From an uncultured Oscillibacter sp. (GTDB lineage: Bacteria; Bacillota; Clostridia; Oscillospirales; Oscillospiraceae), in contig URTS01000001.1 of NCBI GenBank assembly GCA_900550685.1, positions 5,271 through 69,270 on the forward strand: DNA of 64,000 bases, read 5' to 3'. The position numbers were made by a program, and so were the translations under genes. Of this stretch, positions 52,022 to 62,413 are shown in pieces. Position 1 is the first letter of the stretch; each line of letters begins with the position of its first letter. The notes under the pieces are model-generated. The model was not told the origin of the DNA. It ran no database searches and worked only from the letters and a program-made list of their open reading frames with translations.

Positions 52022-52393
52022 TTAGAGGACGAAGATAATCAGAATAACGACCAGCAGGGCGTAAATGATGGCAGTTTCGATAAAGACCAGGCCCAGCATC
52101 AGCGTGGTGCGGATCTTGCCCTCCGCCTCCGGCTGGCGGGCAATGCCCTCTGTGGACTTGCCGACGGCTACGCCCATGGCAATGGCGCCGCCTGCGGCGG
52201 CCAGGCCGATAGCGATACCGGCGGCCAGGGACTTGAAGCCGGTGGCGCTCTCCTGCTGCGTCTGGGTGGTCTCCGCGGCAGCGGCAGGGGCGGCAGCATC
52301 CGAGGAAGCGGCGGCCAGGGCGGGCACGGTCAGGGACAGCACCACCAACAGGACCAGGAACAGCGCGGGGATCCTCTTTTTCAGCAGTTTCAT
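52022..52393 (-). CDS. atpE: Fo subunit c with signal-peptide-like extension
   Basis: ARQPE loop, FIETAIIY; ~50-aa leader MKLLKKR...VPALAA. Confidence 0.92.
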   Translation of the reverse strand: MKLLKKRIPALFLVLLVVLSLTVPALAAASSDAAAPAAAAETTQTQQESATGFKSLAAGIAIGLAAAGGAIAMGVAVGKSTEGIARQPEAEGKIRTTLMLGLVFIETAIIYALLVVILIIFVL

Positions 52394-52437
52394 TTTGATT
52401 ACCTCCAGATGATTATATAAACAGATAAAAGATAGGG

Positions 52438-53274
52438 TCATGTCCGGCCGGTGGCCGCTTTGGCTTTCTTCCGGGGCTCCGGCTCCGGATGCTCCGACAC
52501 CTCGCCGTAGAACAACGCCGTCAGCATAGTCAGCACGTAGGCCTGAATGAGGGCGTGGAGCAGGGTGAACAGGATGCCCACCAGCACCGGCAGCACGTAG
52601 CTCAGCTGCACATAGTAGTAGACCAGCTCCGTCACCAGCAATCCGCTGAGCAAGGCGCCGAAAAGACGGAAGCTCATGGAAATGGGCAGGGAGAATTCCT
52701 TCAGGGTCCTGCCCACGCCCTTGAGGCCGTTGCCCGCGATGCCGCCGGACAAAATTACCAAATAGGATAAACAGCCCAGAGCGATGGCGCCGTTCACGTC
52801 CGACAGCGGCGCGGGGAGGGTCACGGAATGGCCCGTGGTGGTGACGGCCTGAAAGCCGAAGAGCTCAAACAGGGTCCCCACGAAGATGTACGCGCCTGCG
52901 CCGAAGATGTAGGCACCCAGGAATCCGTTCCGCCTGGGACTGCTGGTCTTTGCCATGTTGTCGAACATGCTCACCGCCTGCTCCAGCAGTAACTGGAACC
53001 GGCCCGGCACCATTTTGAACCTAGGGATGGCAAAGACGCGGATGCAGGCCGTCGCAATCAGCAGAATGGCGGAGACCGTCATGGCGGAGATGAGACCGGG
53101 GTTGACGCTCTTCCAGCCCAACAGGCTGATCTGGTTCTCCCCGTGCAGAACGGCATCCCGCATGGTGACCTGGATGGTCTCCGCCTTGCCCGGCGAGGCC
53201 GTCAGCAGGCTGCCCGCGAACAGGACCACGATGAGCAGAACCCAAAGGGTCACGAATTTTTTATGGCTTTTCAT
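52438..53274 (-). CDS. atpB: Fo subunit a
   Basis: [21 protein letters not shown]; start re-called at MKSHKK. Confidence 0.88.
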   Translation of the reverse strand: MKSHKKFVTLWVLLIVVLFAGSLLTASPGKAETIQVTMRDAVLHGENQISLLGWKSVNPGLISAMTVSAILLIATACIRVFAIPRFKMVPGRFQLLLEQAVSMFDNMAKTSSPRRNGFLGAYIFGAGAYIFVGTLFELFGFQAVTTTGHSVTLPAPLSDVNGAIALGCLSYLVILSGGIAGNGLKGVGRTLKEFSLPISMSFRLFGALLSGLLVTELVYYYVQLSYVLPVLVGILFTLLHALIQAYVLTMLTALFYGEVSEHPEPEPRKKAKAATGRT

Positions 53275-53449
53275 GCCGCTATCAGCTTCCTTTCCGTGCC
53301 GGGAAACGGGCCTTGCGTCTGCGCGTTGATATTCCTGTTTTCCGGCAAAAGCCTTGCTTTCTGAGAACGCACGTATTATAGTGTTCTTGCGGCAAGATGT
53401 AAAGAGTATAATTGATATGTTAGCCATATCTTAACGATATAGCAAAGAG

Positions 53450-54364
53450 GTGGAAAAATTGGCCGTCCCTTACGACTATTACCGCATTTTTTACTATGTT
53501 GCCCAGCACAAAAGCTTCACCAAGGCCGCCGAGGCCCTGGGCAACAACCAGCCCAATATCACCCGGTGCATGAACAACCTGGAACAGGACCTGGGGTGCA
53601 AGCTGTTCGTCCGCACTAACCACGGCGTTTCTCTGACTCCGGAAGGAGAGCGCCTTTACAGCCGTGCCGCCATAGCGTTTGAACAGCTTCAACTAGGGGA
53701 AAATGAGATTCGGGCAGATTGCAGCCTGGAGGCCGGCAGTATTTCCATTGCCGCCAGTGAAACGGCTCTGCATCTGCTCCTTCTGAACCGTCTCGACGCC
53801 TTCCACCGGCGCTATCCCGGCGTCCACCTGCGCATCACCAACGACTCAACCCCTCGGGCTATGGAGGCCCTGCTCCACGGCCAGGTAGACTGCGCCGTAA
53901 TCACCACACCTGTCAAGGTGAAAAAGCCCCTGCGGGAGACCCCCCTTCTCTCCTTCCGGGAAATTCTGCTCTGCGGCCCGGATTTTCGCTATCTGGCGGA
54001 TGAGACGCAGCGGCTCCGTGACGTAGAGCCCTGCCCATTTGTCTGCCTAGGCAGCGACACCAGCACATTTTCCTTTTATCAACAGCTGTTCTTAAAGCAT
54101 AATCTGGCTTTTCATGTGGAAATGGAAGCCGGCACCATGGATCATGTCCTCGCGATGGTGCAGAGCAATCTGGGCGTCGGTTTCTACCCGGAGTCCATGG
54201 CCGCTCCCGCCCTTGCCGCTGGGACGGTGTTCCAGATCTACCTTGCGGAGCCGATCCCAGAACGGTTCGTCAACTTGATCGAGGATACATCCCGTCCCCA
54301 AAGCGTTGCCATGAAAGCCTTTAAGAAAATGCTGCTGGCACCGGAGGAACCTTGCAGTAAGTAG
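53450..54364 (+). CDS. LysR-family regulator
   Basis: SFTKAAEAL...QPNIT...LEQDLG.KLFVR. Confidence 0.95.
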   Translation: MEKLAVPYDYYRIFYYVAQHKSFTKAAEALGNNQPNITRCMNNLEQDLGCKLFVRTNHGVSLTPEGERLYSRAAIAFEQLQLGENEIRADCSLEAGSISIAASETALHLLLLNRLDAFHRRYPGVHLRITNDSTPRAMEALLHGQVDCAVITTPVKVKKPLRETPLLSFREILLCGPDFRYLADETQRLRDVEPCPFVCLGSDTSTFSFYQQLFLKHNLAFHVEMEAGTMDHVLAMVQSNLGVGFYPESMAAPALAAGTVFQIYLAEPIPERFVNLIEDTSRPQSVAMKAFKKMLLAPEEPCSK

Positions 54365-54698
54365 CCGTCCCCAAAGGGATGACGTCCGATGCCCGCTTTC
54401 AGACCAGGTGTGGCCCCTGCAATTAGGCTTCAAAAGTTCCAATGAAAACAGGGAATCTTTTCCCTGGTGCTTCCGTCTAATTAGATATCAACCGCAAAGC
54501 ACCTAAAGAAAACACGTATAAAACGCCTGCTGGCTTTCCCGGCGGAGGACGCCGCCCTAATTGATGGGGCGCGTTCCATGCTGTCATTCAGGCATGGAGG
54601 TGTTTTTATATTAAGTTCATTCTGTAATAAAGATTTTTCAGCTATCTATAGAAAAGTATCTTACCGATCAAGTTCCCCTGCGGGATGGCTGGGTCACG

Positions 54699-55580
54699 AT
54701 GAAAACCTATATGGAGTTAGCCGTCGGCAAACGGGAAAGCAGCGGCGTCTATATCTGCAAGAATCAGTACCTGATGGATAAGTTTACGTCTTACAGCAAA
54801 AAGCGGCTCACCACCAACGCAGCCGTCCTTGCTGATTTACAGGAAAAACTGGCAGCAGAGGGCGTTTCTATGAATACGATCCTTGTCCCTATGGCGGCGC
54901 AGGTGTTGACGGATAAGCTCCCTGCCTATGCGCCCGTGGCGGACTACGCCGCTATTCTGCAAGTGCTGACCGATGCGGGCGATGACACAACAGACGTGCT
55001 TTCTGCTCTCGCCGCTCATAGCAGCGAGAACATCTACTACCGTACCGACCACCATTGGACGAGCCTTGGGGCCTACTATGCCTATTGTGCATGGCGGGGC
55101 ATTGAACCGAATGTGGACGAATGGACGCAGGAAATTCTCTGCGACAATTTCCACGGCACGACTTGGAATAAAGTCCCGCTGCCCTCTGTCCCCGCCGAGG
55201 AGATCACCGCATGGTATAAGCACATAAATAGAAGTGTGTCCTACAACAACGGTCAGTATGAGACGGACAGCATCTATGAGCGGAAATACCTGTCCGGCAG
55301 CGACCAATACGCCGTGTTTCTGAACTCCAACCAGGCACAGACCGTCATTGAGGGCAGCGGCAAGAGCGGCAAGTTCCTGCTTATTAAAGACTCCTACGGC
55401 AACACCTTTTCCCAATTCCCCGTGGAGAACTATGCGGAAGTTCATGTCCTCGACCTCCGCTTCTTCAAGGGCGATGTGGTGGAGTACGCCAAGGAAAACA
55501 GCATTACCGATACACTGGTGCTGTACGGTACGCAGAATTTTGTGAAGGACATGAACATCAAGGGAGTTGCCGAGGCATGA
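54699..55580 (+). pseudogene. DHHW-family (AlgX/AlgJ-like) protein lacking its N-terminus
   Basis: YYRTDHHWT..GAY, KDSYGN; no N-terminal TM anchor or clear RBS. Confidence 0.7.
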
Positions 55581-55870
55581 GCATTTTGCGGCCGTTTAAA
55601 ATGGCATGGCGTTCTATTGTAGGAAAAAAGGGCCGTAGTACACTAACCATTCTGTCTATCTTCATTGGAATTGCTGCTGTTATGACAATTGTTTCTGTTA
55701 TGGAGGGTATGAAGCTCCAAGTTATGAAACAATTCAATGCGATGGGCGCAAATCGCATTGAGATACAAATTGAGGTCTATTCATCTGACGAAAGCGGAAA
55801 TAGTGCGGGCGTTGATTATTTTCCTAAACTGTATAGCTATTGCCAAGGGTTAGCATGTTTTTTCGGATAA
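55577..55870 (+). pseudogene. Truncated MacB-type ABC permease
   Basis: RSTLTIL.IFIGIAAV...G.N; stops at 97 aa. Confidence 0.8.
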
Positions 55871-56049
55871 GATGCCGAAAGCCTATAATGGTAACAATAC
55901 AAAGAAGCAAGGTAAAAACTATAAGTTCTTACCTTGCTTCTTTGTTGCCCTGTACCGACCGGTCTGCCCCATAGGTCACATTGTGTACCTATGAACATGA
56001 ACCCTTCGGTACAGGGACTTTTTTCTTGACATCTCAACTCCCTATACCG

Positions 56050-56991
56050 TCAGGCCTCGCAGCTATTGGACGCATTCGCAACAACCTCACTTTGATGGAG
56101 GAGTTCATAACCACGTGCGTTGGCGTGAATGTCTTCGATGAAAATTGGGAAAGCCACTTTATTTGCCCGTTCAATCATCCCGCGCAGGAGAAGCGAACCG
56201 CCACCGACAAAAACACATTTACTGGTGGCAACATCAATGCCACGCTCGCGCAGGAAGTTGTAAAACTCTGAAAGAAAACCTCCTGTCATGTTGCGAATCA
56301 TTTGCTGCACTTCACCGGGAAGCACAGTGGGCTGATTACGGATAACTTCATCAATGTCACAGTCCTCTAAAATCCGGGCATAGAGAGCGTTGCATTTGCT
56401 AGAAATGTTGTTGTAAAGGGTGATGACACCCTTTTCAAAACTTTCAACTACCGCTAGATCCGGGTGTCCGTTACGGAGTTTGAGGACATCAATGGTAAAA
56501 CCACCAATATCGATGATATAGGCAACAGAGTAGGTCTTGAGGATGCCATACTGTGTCACAGCGGCTGCAAATGCCTGTGGATAGCTCAGGACCTTATTGA
56601 CCCGAATTGAGTAGTATTTGCCGTTGTATTCAAAGTCGATCGTCTCGCACCGGCGGAGAAAGTACTGCTCAAATCGACTATGCAACTGCTCATAATGTGC
56701 CGGAGGAAGTCCGACCAGCAGCGTGATATCAATAGGATCCAGGGTTTCAGGAATCTTACGCCGCTCCAACTCCTTGGCAATCGCAAAAAGGGTAAGGACG
56801 TAGAATCGATCATCTTCAGTTTTGTCCCGGAGATAGGCAATACGTTGCTCTGTCAGTGTATAATACCGATTGTTCCAACAGATGTAATCCGTTTTAAAGC
56901 CTTGTAAGCCTTCGGAAACAATCAGGCCAGATGTGAATAACGTATTGGGTGTCTTGATCGATTTGTTACCGTGATCGACGGAAATAATCAT
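56050..56991 (-). CDS. ParM/StbA-family actin-like ATPase
   Basis: VDHGNKSIK, VGLP, PQAFAA, IDIGGFT, GGGS, ANARG. Confidence 0.9.
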   Translation of the reverse strand: MIISVDHGNKSIKTPNTLFTSGLIVSEGLQGFKTDYICWNNRYYTLTEQRIAYLRDKTEDDRFYVLTLFAIAKELERRKIPETLDPIDITLLVGLPPAHYEQLHSRFEQYFLRRCETIDFEYNGKYYSIRVNKVLSYPQAFAAAVTQYGILKTYSVAYIIDIGGFTIDVLKLRNGHPDLAVVESFEKGVITLYNNISSKCNALYARILEDCDIDEVIRNQPTVLPGEVQQMIRNMTGGFLSEFYNFLRERGIDVATSKCVFVGGGSLLLRGMIERANKVAFPIFIEDIHANARGYELLHQSEVVANASNSCEA

Positions 56992-57324
56992 AAAAACGGA
57001 CCTCCTTAATCATTGAACCAGAGTGCGTTAAATACTGCACTCAATGTACCTGTAATAAATTACGCATAGTGTTCTCATGGAACAACAACTACACTAAATG
57101 TTTTTCTTCTGCGTCACCCGTGACAAATCCCAAAGTGATTTTCAAAAGTGATACGCAAAAAACAGTGATGCAGTTTCCTTTTACGGACTGCACCACTGTT
57201 TTCAATGTTTTTTGGGAGGTCTGTTGCAGCCATGGCATTTAAGATGTCACAGCTAAAATTCCACGCGCGCTGAACCCCATGCAGGCAAGCAGATGTATAC
57301 CATGCACAGTGTTTTATGCGCACT

Positions 57325-58284
57325 TCAGATTGAATATTTTTTGAAGAAGCAAACTGCATCATTTGCTATATCACTGGAACTCTTCTTTCTATTGCAGTTG
57401 AAATACAATTTGCCATTCGTTTCATCGCATCCTTCAATTTCAAAAAGAGTCGGATAGGTAGATGAAGTGATGCGAAAAGAGAGGTTCGAATTTGCGCTTA
57501 CTGTGCCTGTAGCCGTGGATGCATGATCATAAACTAGAATAATGCTCACATTTTTCTTAGTCAACGGAACAAGGAGTTGGTCTGTGCTTGCAATATAACC
57601 AATACCCTGTCTAGTATAGTCTGCTAAGCCAGGAACAGTGGAGCCATTGACAAGAGCGTTACCAATGTTCAAATCAAACGCATGGGAAATATTCACAACC
57701 CCGCTGTTCGAATTGAGCGGCACTTTTCCTCTGTACACGCCAACGCAATTTTCAGTACCATCAGTCACAAAGAAAAGGAAGTAAATATAGCTAGAATCCT
57801 TTGCATATTTTTTTGCGCCTGAAATAGCTACATTCTGTCCATTATGCTTTAAGGTATATCCTCCCAATTGAGTATAAGTATTCCCAGAATATTGCAATTT
57901 GACAAGGCTCTCACTTCCGGTCTTCATCGTAGCAACGAATAGATGATATTTATTTCCTATTGTGCATGTATCCATGTCATTGGCATGACCTAATGAAGTA
58001 ATATAGGTAGCAGATGTTTTTCCATTTGTCATGAGAGTGGTAGATCCATCGCTAATTTTAGTCCGATAAATCACTTGCTTGCTTTCATCGTCATTACACT
58101 TGGCGGTGTAAACATAAGATGAACCTACTGCAAACCCTTGTGCCCGATTGCAGCCATTACCATTTGGAATTGTTGCAACTGTCGAATAGGTGTTATAGTA
58201 CGCAGCTGTTACAGTAATCGTTAAAACCGATATAGCAAAGAGGGCCAGCGATATAATTCTACGAAAGCACCCTTTTTTCACCAT
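57325..58284 (-). CDS. Secreted hypothetical protein, possible beta-propeller
   Basis: Signal peptide; QGFAV, LGHANDM, FEIEG; low GC. Confidence 0.7.
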   Translation of the reverse strand: MVKKGCFRRIISLALFAISVLTITVTAAYYNTYSTVATIPNGNGCNRAQGFAVGSSYVYTAKCNDDESKQVIYRTKISDGSTTLMTNGKTSATYITSLGHANDMDTCTIGNKYHLFVATMKTGSESLVKLQYSGNTYTQLGGYTLKHNGQNVAISGAKKYAKDSSYIYFLFFVTDGTENCVGVYRGKVPLNSNSGVVNISHAFDLNIGNALVNGSTVPGLADYTRQGIGYIASTDQLLVPLTKKNVSIILVYDHASTATGTVSANSNLSFRITSSTYPTLFEIEGCDETNGKLYFNCNRKKSSSDIANDAVCFFKKYSI

Positions 58285-58476
58285 AGAATTCTCCTCCTAT
58301 AATATCCATGAGCAAATTGGTCAAAACCTTATCAATACTTTGTTTGTGCCAAGTGCCATACATATAAAGCCGAAGCTCAGGGTAAAAGAAATTCCTTGTT
58401 TTATTCAGCGCAAATTGCGTTTGTTCTTTCGATATATCTCAGGGAATAGTCATGCAAATGCGATAAATGGCTCATC

Positions 58477-59385
58477 TCATGTTCGGCCATCAAAGAAAAT
58501 GGGATTGCTCCATGCGGAATGGCCGTTTTCATCCACGCAGACAACGCGCACATAGGACTCTTTCCCCGTCAGGCGATAGGATGCCGCCGTCAGCGGTTTG
58601 CCCGCTCCGGCAAAGAAGGATTTGCCTCTGGGGGCATACGTTACAAAGTGGATCTCCCTGCAATCGGAGCAGGACACATACACGCAATCGCCATCCATGC
58701 CAAAGTCATGGATCACGGGGCCGCTTGTGGCGTAAAATGCGCCTTGGAAGAGTGCGTCCAGCACCGCCTCTTTTGTGCGGCTCGCCGCTTTGACCCAGAT
58801 CCAGCCGCCAAACAGGTCATCGGGGACATGGACATCGTCCACAGCCGTGGCATACAGCTTTTTCCCCTGCCGCAGCAGCAGATCCCACAGCACTTCCGCA
58901 TTGCCGCCGTGGCAAAGATGCTCTGTGCCGTTGTTATAAATTTCAATGGCGTGGCAGCCGCTCAGTGACTCGATCTCTTCCCAGGTCATTCTGGACCATA
59001 CCGGGTGCGCCAGCGACACGAACTGCCCGTCACGGCGCATCATGTCCACCAGCTGCTGGTCCGTCAGCTCCGCGGAGGAATACCGCCTACACGGATAATC
59101 CGTGGTACACTTCCCTGCCGCAGACAATCCGACCACATGGGTGCATTTATCCGGACTGTATTCGATATCATGCTCCAGCCCCGTAAGCAGAAGCAGTCTG
59201 TCTCCAATCAGGCCGTCATGGGATTCCAGTATATTGTGGTCCGTCATGGAGAGGAAATCATACCCGGCGGAAGCGTAAGACGTAGCCAGCTCTTCCGGCG
59301 TAAACATTCCGTCCGACACCGTGGAATGACTATGGGGATTTCCCTTGAGCCAAATACCATCCTCGGGGAAATACGATTTTTTCAT
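58477..59385 (-). CDS. PHP-domain metallohydrolase (CehA/McbA-like)
   Basis: H.HSTVSDG, TDHN, AHP, DD.H. Confidence 0.85.
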   Translation of the reverse strand: MKKSYFPEDGIWLKGNPHSHSTVSDGMFTPEELATSYASAGYDFLSMTDHNILESHDGLIGDRLLLLTGLEHDIEYSPDKCTHVVGLSAAGKCTTDYPCRRYSSAELTDQQLVDMMRRDGQFVSLAHPVWSRMTWEEIESLSGCHAIEIYNNGTEHLCHGGNAEVLWDLLLRQGKKLYATAVDDVHVPDDLFGGWIWVKAASRTKEAVLDALFQGAFYATSGPVIHDFGMDGDCVYVSCSDCREIHFVTYAPRGKSFFAGAGKPLTAASYRLTGKESYVRVVCVDENGHSAWSNPIFFDGRT

Positions 59386-59413
59386 AGCACAGCCTCAATT
59401 CCAGTAAATACCA

Positions 59414-60709
59414 TTACTTAAAGATTGTCGGCAGGAAGGTGGAGATCGCAGGAATGAATGTGACCAGCAGCAGAGAAATGAACAATGCGCCGATCAATTC
59501 CTTGCCCTGCTTCAAAAATTCCGGCATTTCAATCTTACACAGGTTGCAGCACTGATACATGACTGCGCCGAACGGCGGCGTCAGGGCGCCGATGGACAGA
59601 TTCAGAATACAAACGATTCCAAAATGGATCGGATGGATCCCCAGTTGCATCGCTACCGGGTACAGCAGCGGAACGGCGATCATCAGCACGGCAGAGCTGT
59701 CCACAAACATGCCCATAACAAGCAGGATGAGATTCACCACCATCAGGAAGCCGATCCGGCCCACGTTCATCCCCAGGATCATCCGGGTGATCTGCTGCGG
59801 GATCTGGGCATAGGTCAGATACAGGCCGAAGACCGTTGCGGAAATGATGATGCCGAAAATATTGGCCACGGACGCAAAGGATTCCTTCGCAACCATCACC
59901 AGCTGTCTGGGGTGCATCTCCCGATAGATCACAATGCCGACAAACAGGCAGAGGATGCACAAAACCGCGCCGCCTTCCGTGGCGGTCACGATACCGCTGC
60001 GCAGGCCGACGATCAGCACGATGATCATTAAAATGGCCCAGAAGCACTCGATCAGGCCGCGGAATATCTCTCCCAGGGAGGCCCGCTTTTCGCGGGTAGG
60101 CTTATAGCCGTCCCGGTGGGAGACATACGCTACCGCCAACATCAGCACAATGCACATCAGAATGCCAGGCAGGTAACCAGCCATAAACATATCCAGCACA
60201 GAGTTTTCCGTAATAGATGCGTACAGGATCAGCATGACCCCCGGCGGGATCATGGGAGAAATCAGTGCCGAGGATGCGGTAACGGCAGCTGAGAACGCTC
60301 TGTTAAAGCCCCGCTGCTCCATTTCAGGCACCAGCATTTTACACTGCATCGCGGCATCCGCATTGGAGGAACCGCACAATCCGCCCATCAGCGTGGACAG
60401 CAGCACATTCACCTGTGCCAGACCGCCCCACATATGGCCCACGCAGAGATCCGCGAACTTCATCATGCGGGAGGTGATGCCGGTATAGTTCATCAGCAGC
60501 CCCGCTGTAATGAAGAACGGGATCGCCATTAAGTTCATATTCATGCCGGCGGAGACCATCTTGGACAGAATCATGTTCAAGGGCATCTCCGTGGCAATAA
60601 AGCCGAAGTAAAAGACGGCGCCGCTGAGGAAGGCCATCGATACGGGGATTCGAAGTGCCAGAAGGACCATAACAAGGATCAACGGCAGCCAAATACCGAT
60701 ACCACTCAT
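59414..60709 (-). CDS. dctM: TRAP large permease
   Basis: AIPFF, GSSNADA, MIPPG, TPPFG. Confidence 0.92.
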   Translation of the reverse strand: MSGIGIWLPLILVMVLLALRIPVSMAFLSGAVFYFGFIATEMPLNMILSKMVSAGMNMNLMAIPFFITAGLLMNYTGITSRMMKFADLCVGHMWGGLAQVNVLLSTLMGGLCGSSNADAAMQCKMLVPEMEQRGFNRAFSAAVTASSALISPMIPPGVMLILYASITENSVLDMFMAGYLPGILMCIVLMLAVAYVSHRDGYKPTREKRASLGEIFRGLIECFWAILMIIVLIVGLRSGIVTATEGGAVLCILCLFVGIVIYREMHPRQLVMVAKESFASVANIFGIIISATVFGLYLTYAQIPQQITRMILGMNVGRIGFLMVVNLILLVMGMFVDSSAVLMIAVPLLYPVAMQLGIHPIHFGIVCILNLSIGALTPPFGAVMYQCCNLCKIEMPEFLKQGKELIGALFISLLLVTFIPAISTFLPTIFK

Positions 60710-61191
60710 TTTTGATCCTCCCCTCTTCTGAAAAGACGGCTTATAATCGTCCAAAAGCTGCGGACAGCGCCGCTGAAATATCCAAATATAATACTTGCAT
60801 ACCCTACAGCCAGCGGGATCTTCGTACCCGTGGCATAACGGTTTAGATTGCTGCCAAAGAGCTTATAGCCCCAGTAAACCATATAGGCAGAGAACAGCAG
60901 GATAAACAAATCCCGCAGCAGGTCAAAGAACGCCCGCACCTTGGGGGGCATCTTGTTTACGATGAATTTTACATCCACATGGGCATCCTTGCGGTACAGA
61001 TAGCCGAAGAAGCCATAGCCGATCCAGACATAGGCCAGCAATGCGGTGGCTTCCAGACTGATGGAATACTTGTTCAGAACGGAACGGTTGATAATATTTA
61101 AAACCACCGGCACGATGACCGTCACGATCATCAGACAGCCCAGCAGCTCTTCAAATTTACCATCCCGGAAATAAGCGATTATTTTTTTCAT
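60706..61191 (-). CDS. dctQ: TRAP small permease
   Basis: 4 TM; AHVDV; between dctP and dctM. Confidence 0.85.
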   Translation of the reverse strand: MKKIIAYFRDGKFEELLGCLMIVTVIVPVVLNIINRSVLNKYSISLEATALLAYVWIGYGFFGYLYRKDAHVDVKFIVNKMPPKVRAFFDLLRDLFILLFSAYMVYWGYKLFGSNLNRYATGTKIPLAVGYASIIFGYFSGAVRSFWTIISRLFRRGEDQK

Positions 61192-61305
61192 AGGCCCCTC
61201 AAATCCTGATGACGTGTTGTGAAAGAATATCGTCCGAGGAAGGCCAAGCCCTCCTCGGACGATGCCTTGGAAATCCGATCCTATCAGATTTTGAATGGTG
61301 TCGGG

Positions 61306-62346
61306 TTACTTGGAGCGGATCTCAGCCAGAGTATCCAGCAGTTCCTGGCCGATGCTGTACTTCAGCACCAGATCACCGCAGCCCATATCCAGGAAGGCCT
61401 GACGGTCAGCCTCATGGAACTCAACGCCGGCCGCTTCCATCTCTTCGCGCATCTTGCCTTCGTTCTCCACGGAGTACTGATTGTAGCGGATACCGGCCTG
61501 ATGCAGCTCGTCCTCAATGATCTCCTGATACTCAGCGGGGATGGTGTTCCACCACTTGGTGGAGCAGAACAGCGCGTCAGCCAGAGGCTGCTGAGCCAGC
61601 AGGGTCACGTGATTCACCATTTCATAACTCTTGGTGGAATACATCAAGCTGATGGACTGATCCAGCGCGTCGATCGTGCCGGCGGACAGTGCGCTCAGCT
61701 GCTCGGAAGCAGCCATGCCCATGGGGCTGGCGCCCATCGCCTCAAAGCATTCCAGATACGTAGTGGAGTTGGGGACCCGCAGCTTCAGGCCCTTGATCTC
61801 AGCGGGAGTCGTATAAGGCTTCTTGCCGATGACGTGGCGCATACCGCCGACAAAGGCGCAGTTCAGAGCGTGGATATTGACCTTGTCCATCTCGGACACG
61901 ATCTTCTCAAACAGCGGGGTGTTCATGACGTCCAGGAACTCCTCGCCCTTTTCAAACACAAAGCCGCACTGCAGGGCGCTTGCGTCATAGTACAGGTCCT
62001 CCCACTGGCTGTAAGCAGCCATCAGCAGCAGAGGAGAATCGGCCATGACCGCCTCTACACCATCTACCAGATTGCCGAAGGTATTGTTGGGATAGAGGTT
62101 CACGATCACAGCACCATTGGTGCGCTCTTCAATATTCTTCTTCGCGTTATTCAGCTCCACGCTGACCTGGTCCAACTCTGTATAGGAATGGGAAATGCTG
62201 ATGGTGATGGGGTCGGCAGACGGTTCCGTGGTCTGGTCGCTGGCAGATGGGGTGCTGTCAGTGGCCGGGGTCTCGGTTTTATTTCCGCAGGATGCGAGGC
62301 TCAGGGTCATAACCATGGCGAGTGCAAGAGCAAACAGCTTTTTCAT
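61306..62346 (-). CDS. dctP: TRAP substrate-binding lipoprotein
   Basis: Lipobox LASC; KGLKLRVP; AL..GTID. Confidence 0.9.
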   Translation of the reverse strand: MKKLFALALAMVMTLSLASCGNKTETPATDSTPSASDQTTEPSADPITISISHSYTELDQVSVELNNAKKNIEERTNGAVIVNLYPNNTFGNLVDGVEAVMADSPLLLMAAYSQWEDLYYDASALQCGFVFEKGEEFLDVMNTPLFEKIVSEMDKVNIHALNCAFVGGMRHVIGKKPYTTPAEIKGLKLRVPNSTTYLECFEAMGASPMGMAASEQLSALSAGTIDALDQSISLMYSTKSYEMVNHVTLLAQQPLADALFCSTKWWNTIPAEYQEIIEDELHQAGIRYNQYSVENEGKMREEMEAAGVEFHEADRQAFLDMGCGDLVLKYSIGQELLDTLAEIRSK

Positions 62347-62413
62347 GTTGTCGTTCCTTTCTCTTCCTGAATTTATTTTGTTATCCCGCAAAAGGGGGTT
62401 AACAACAAGGTGG

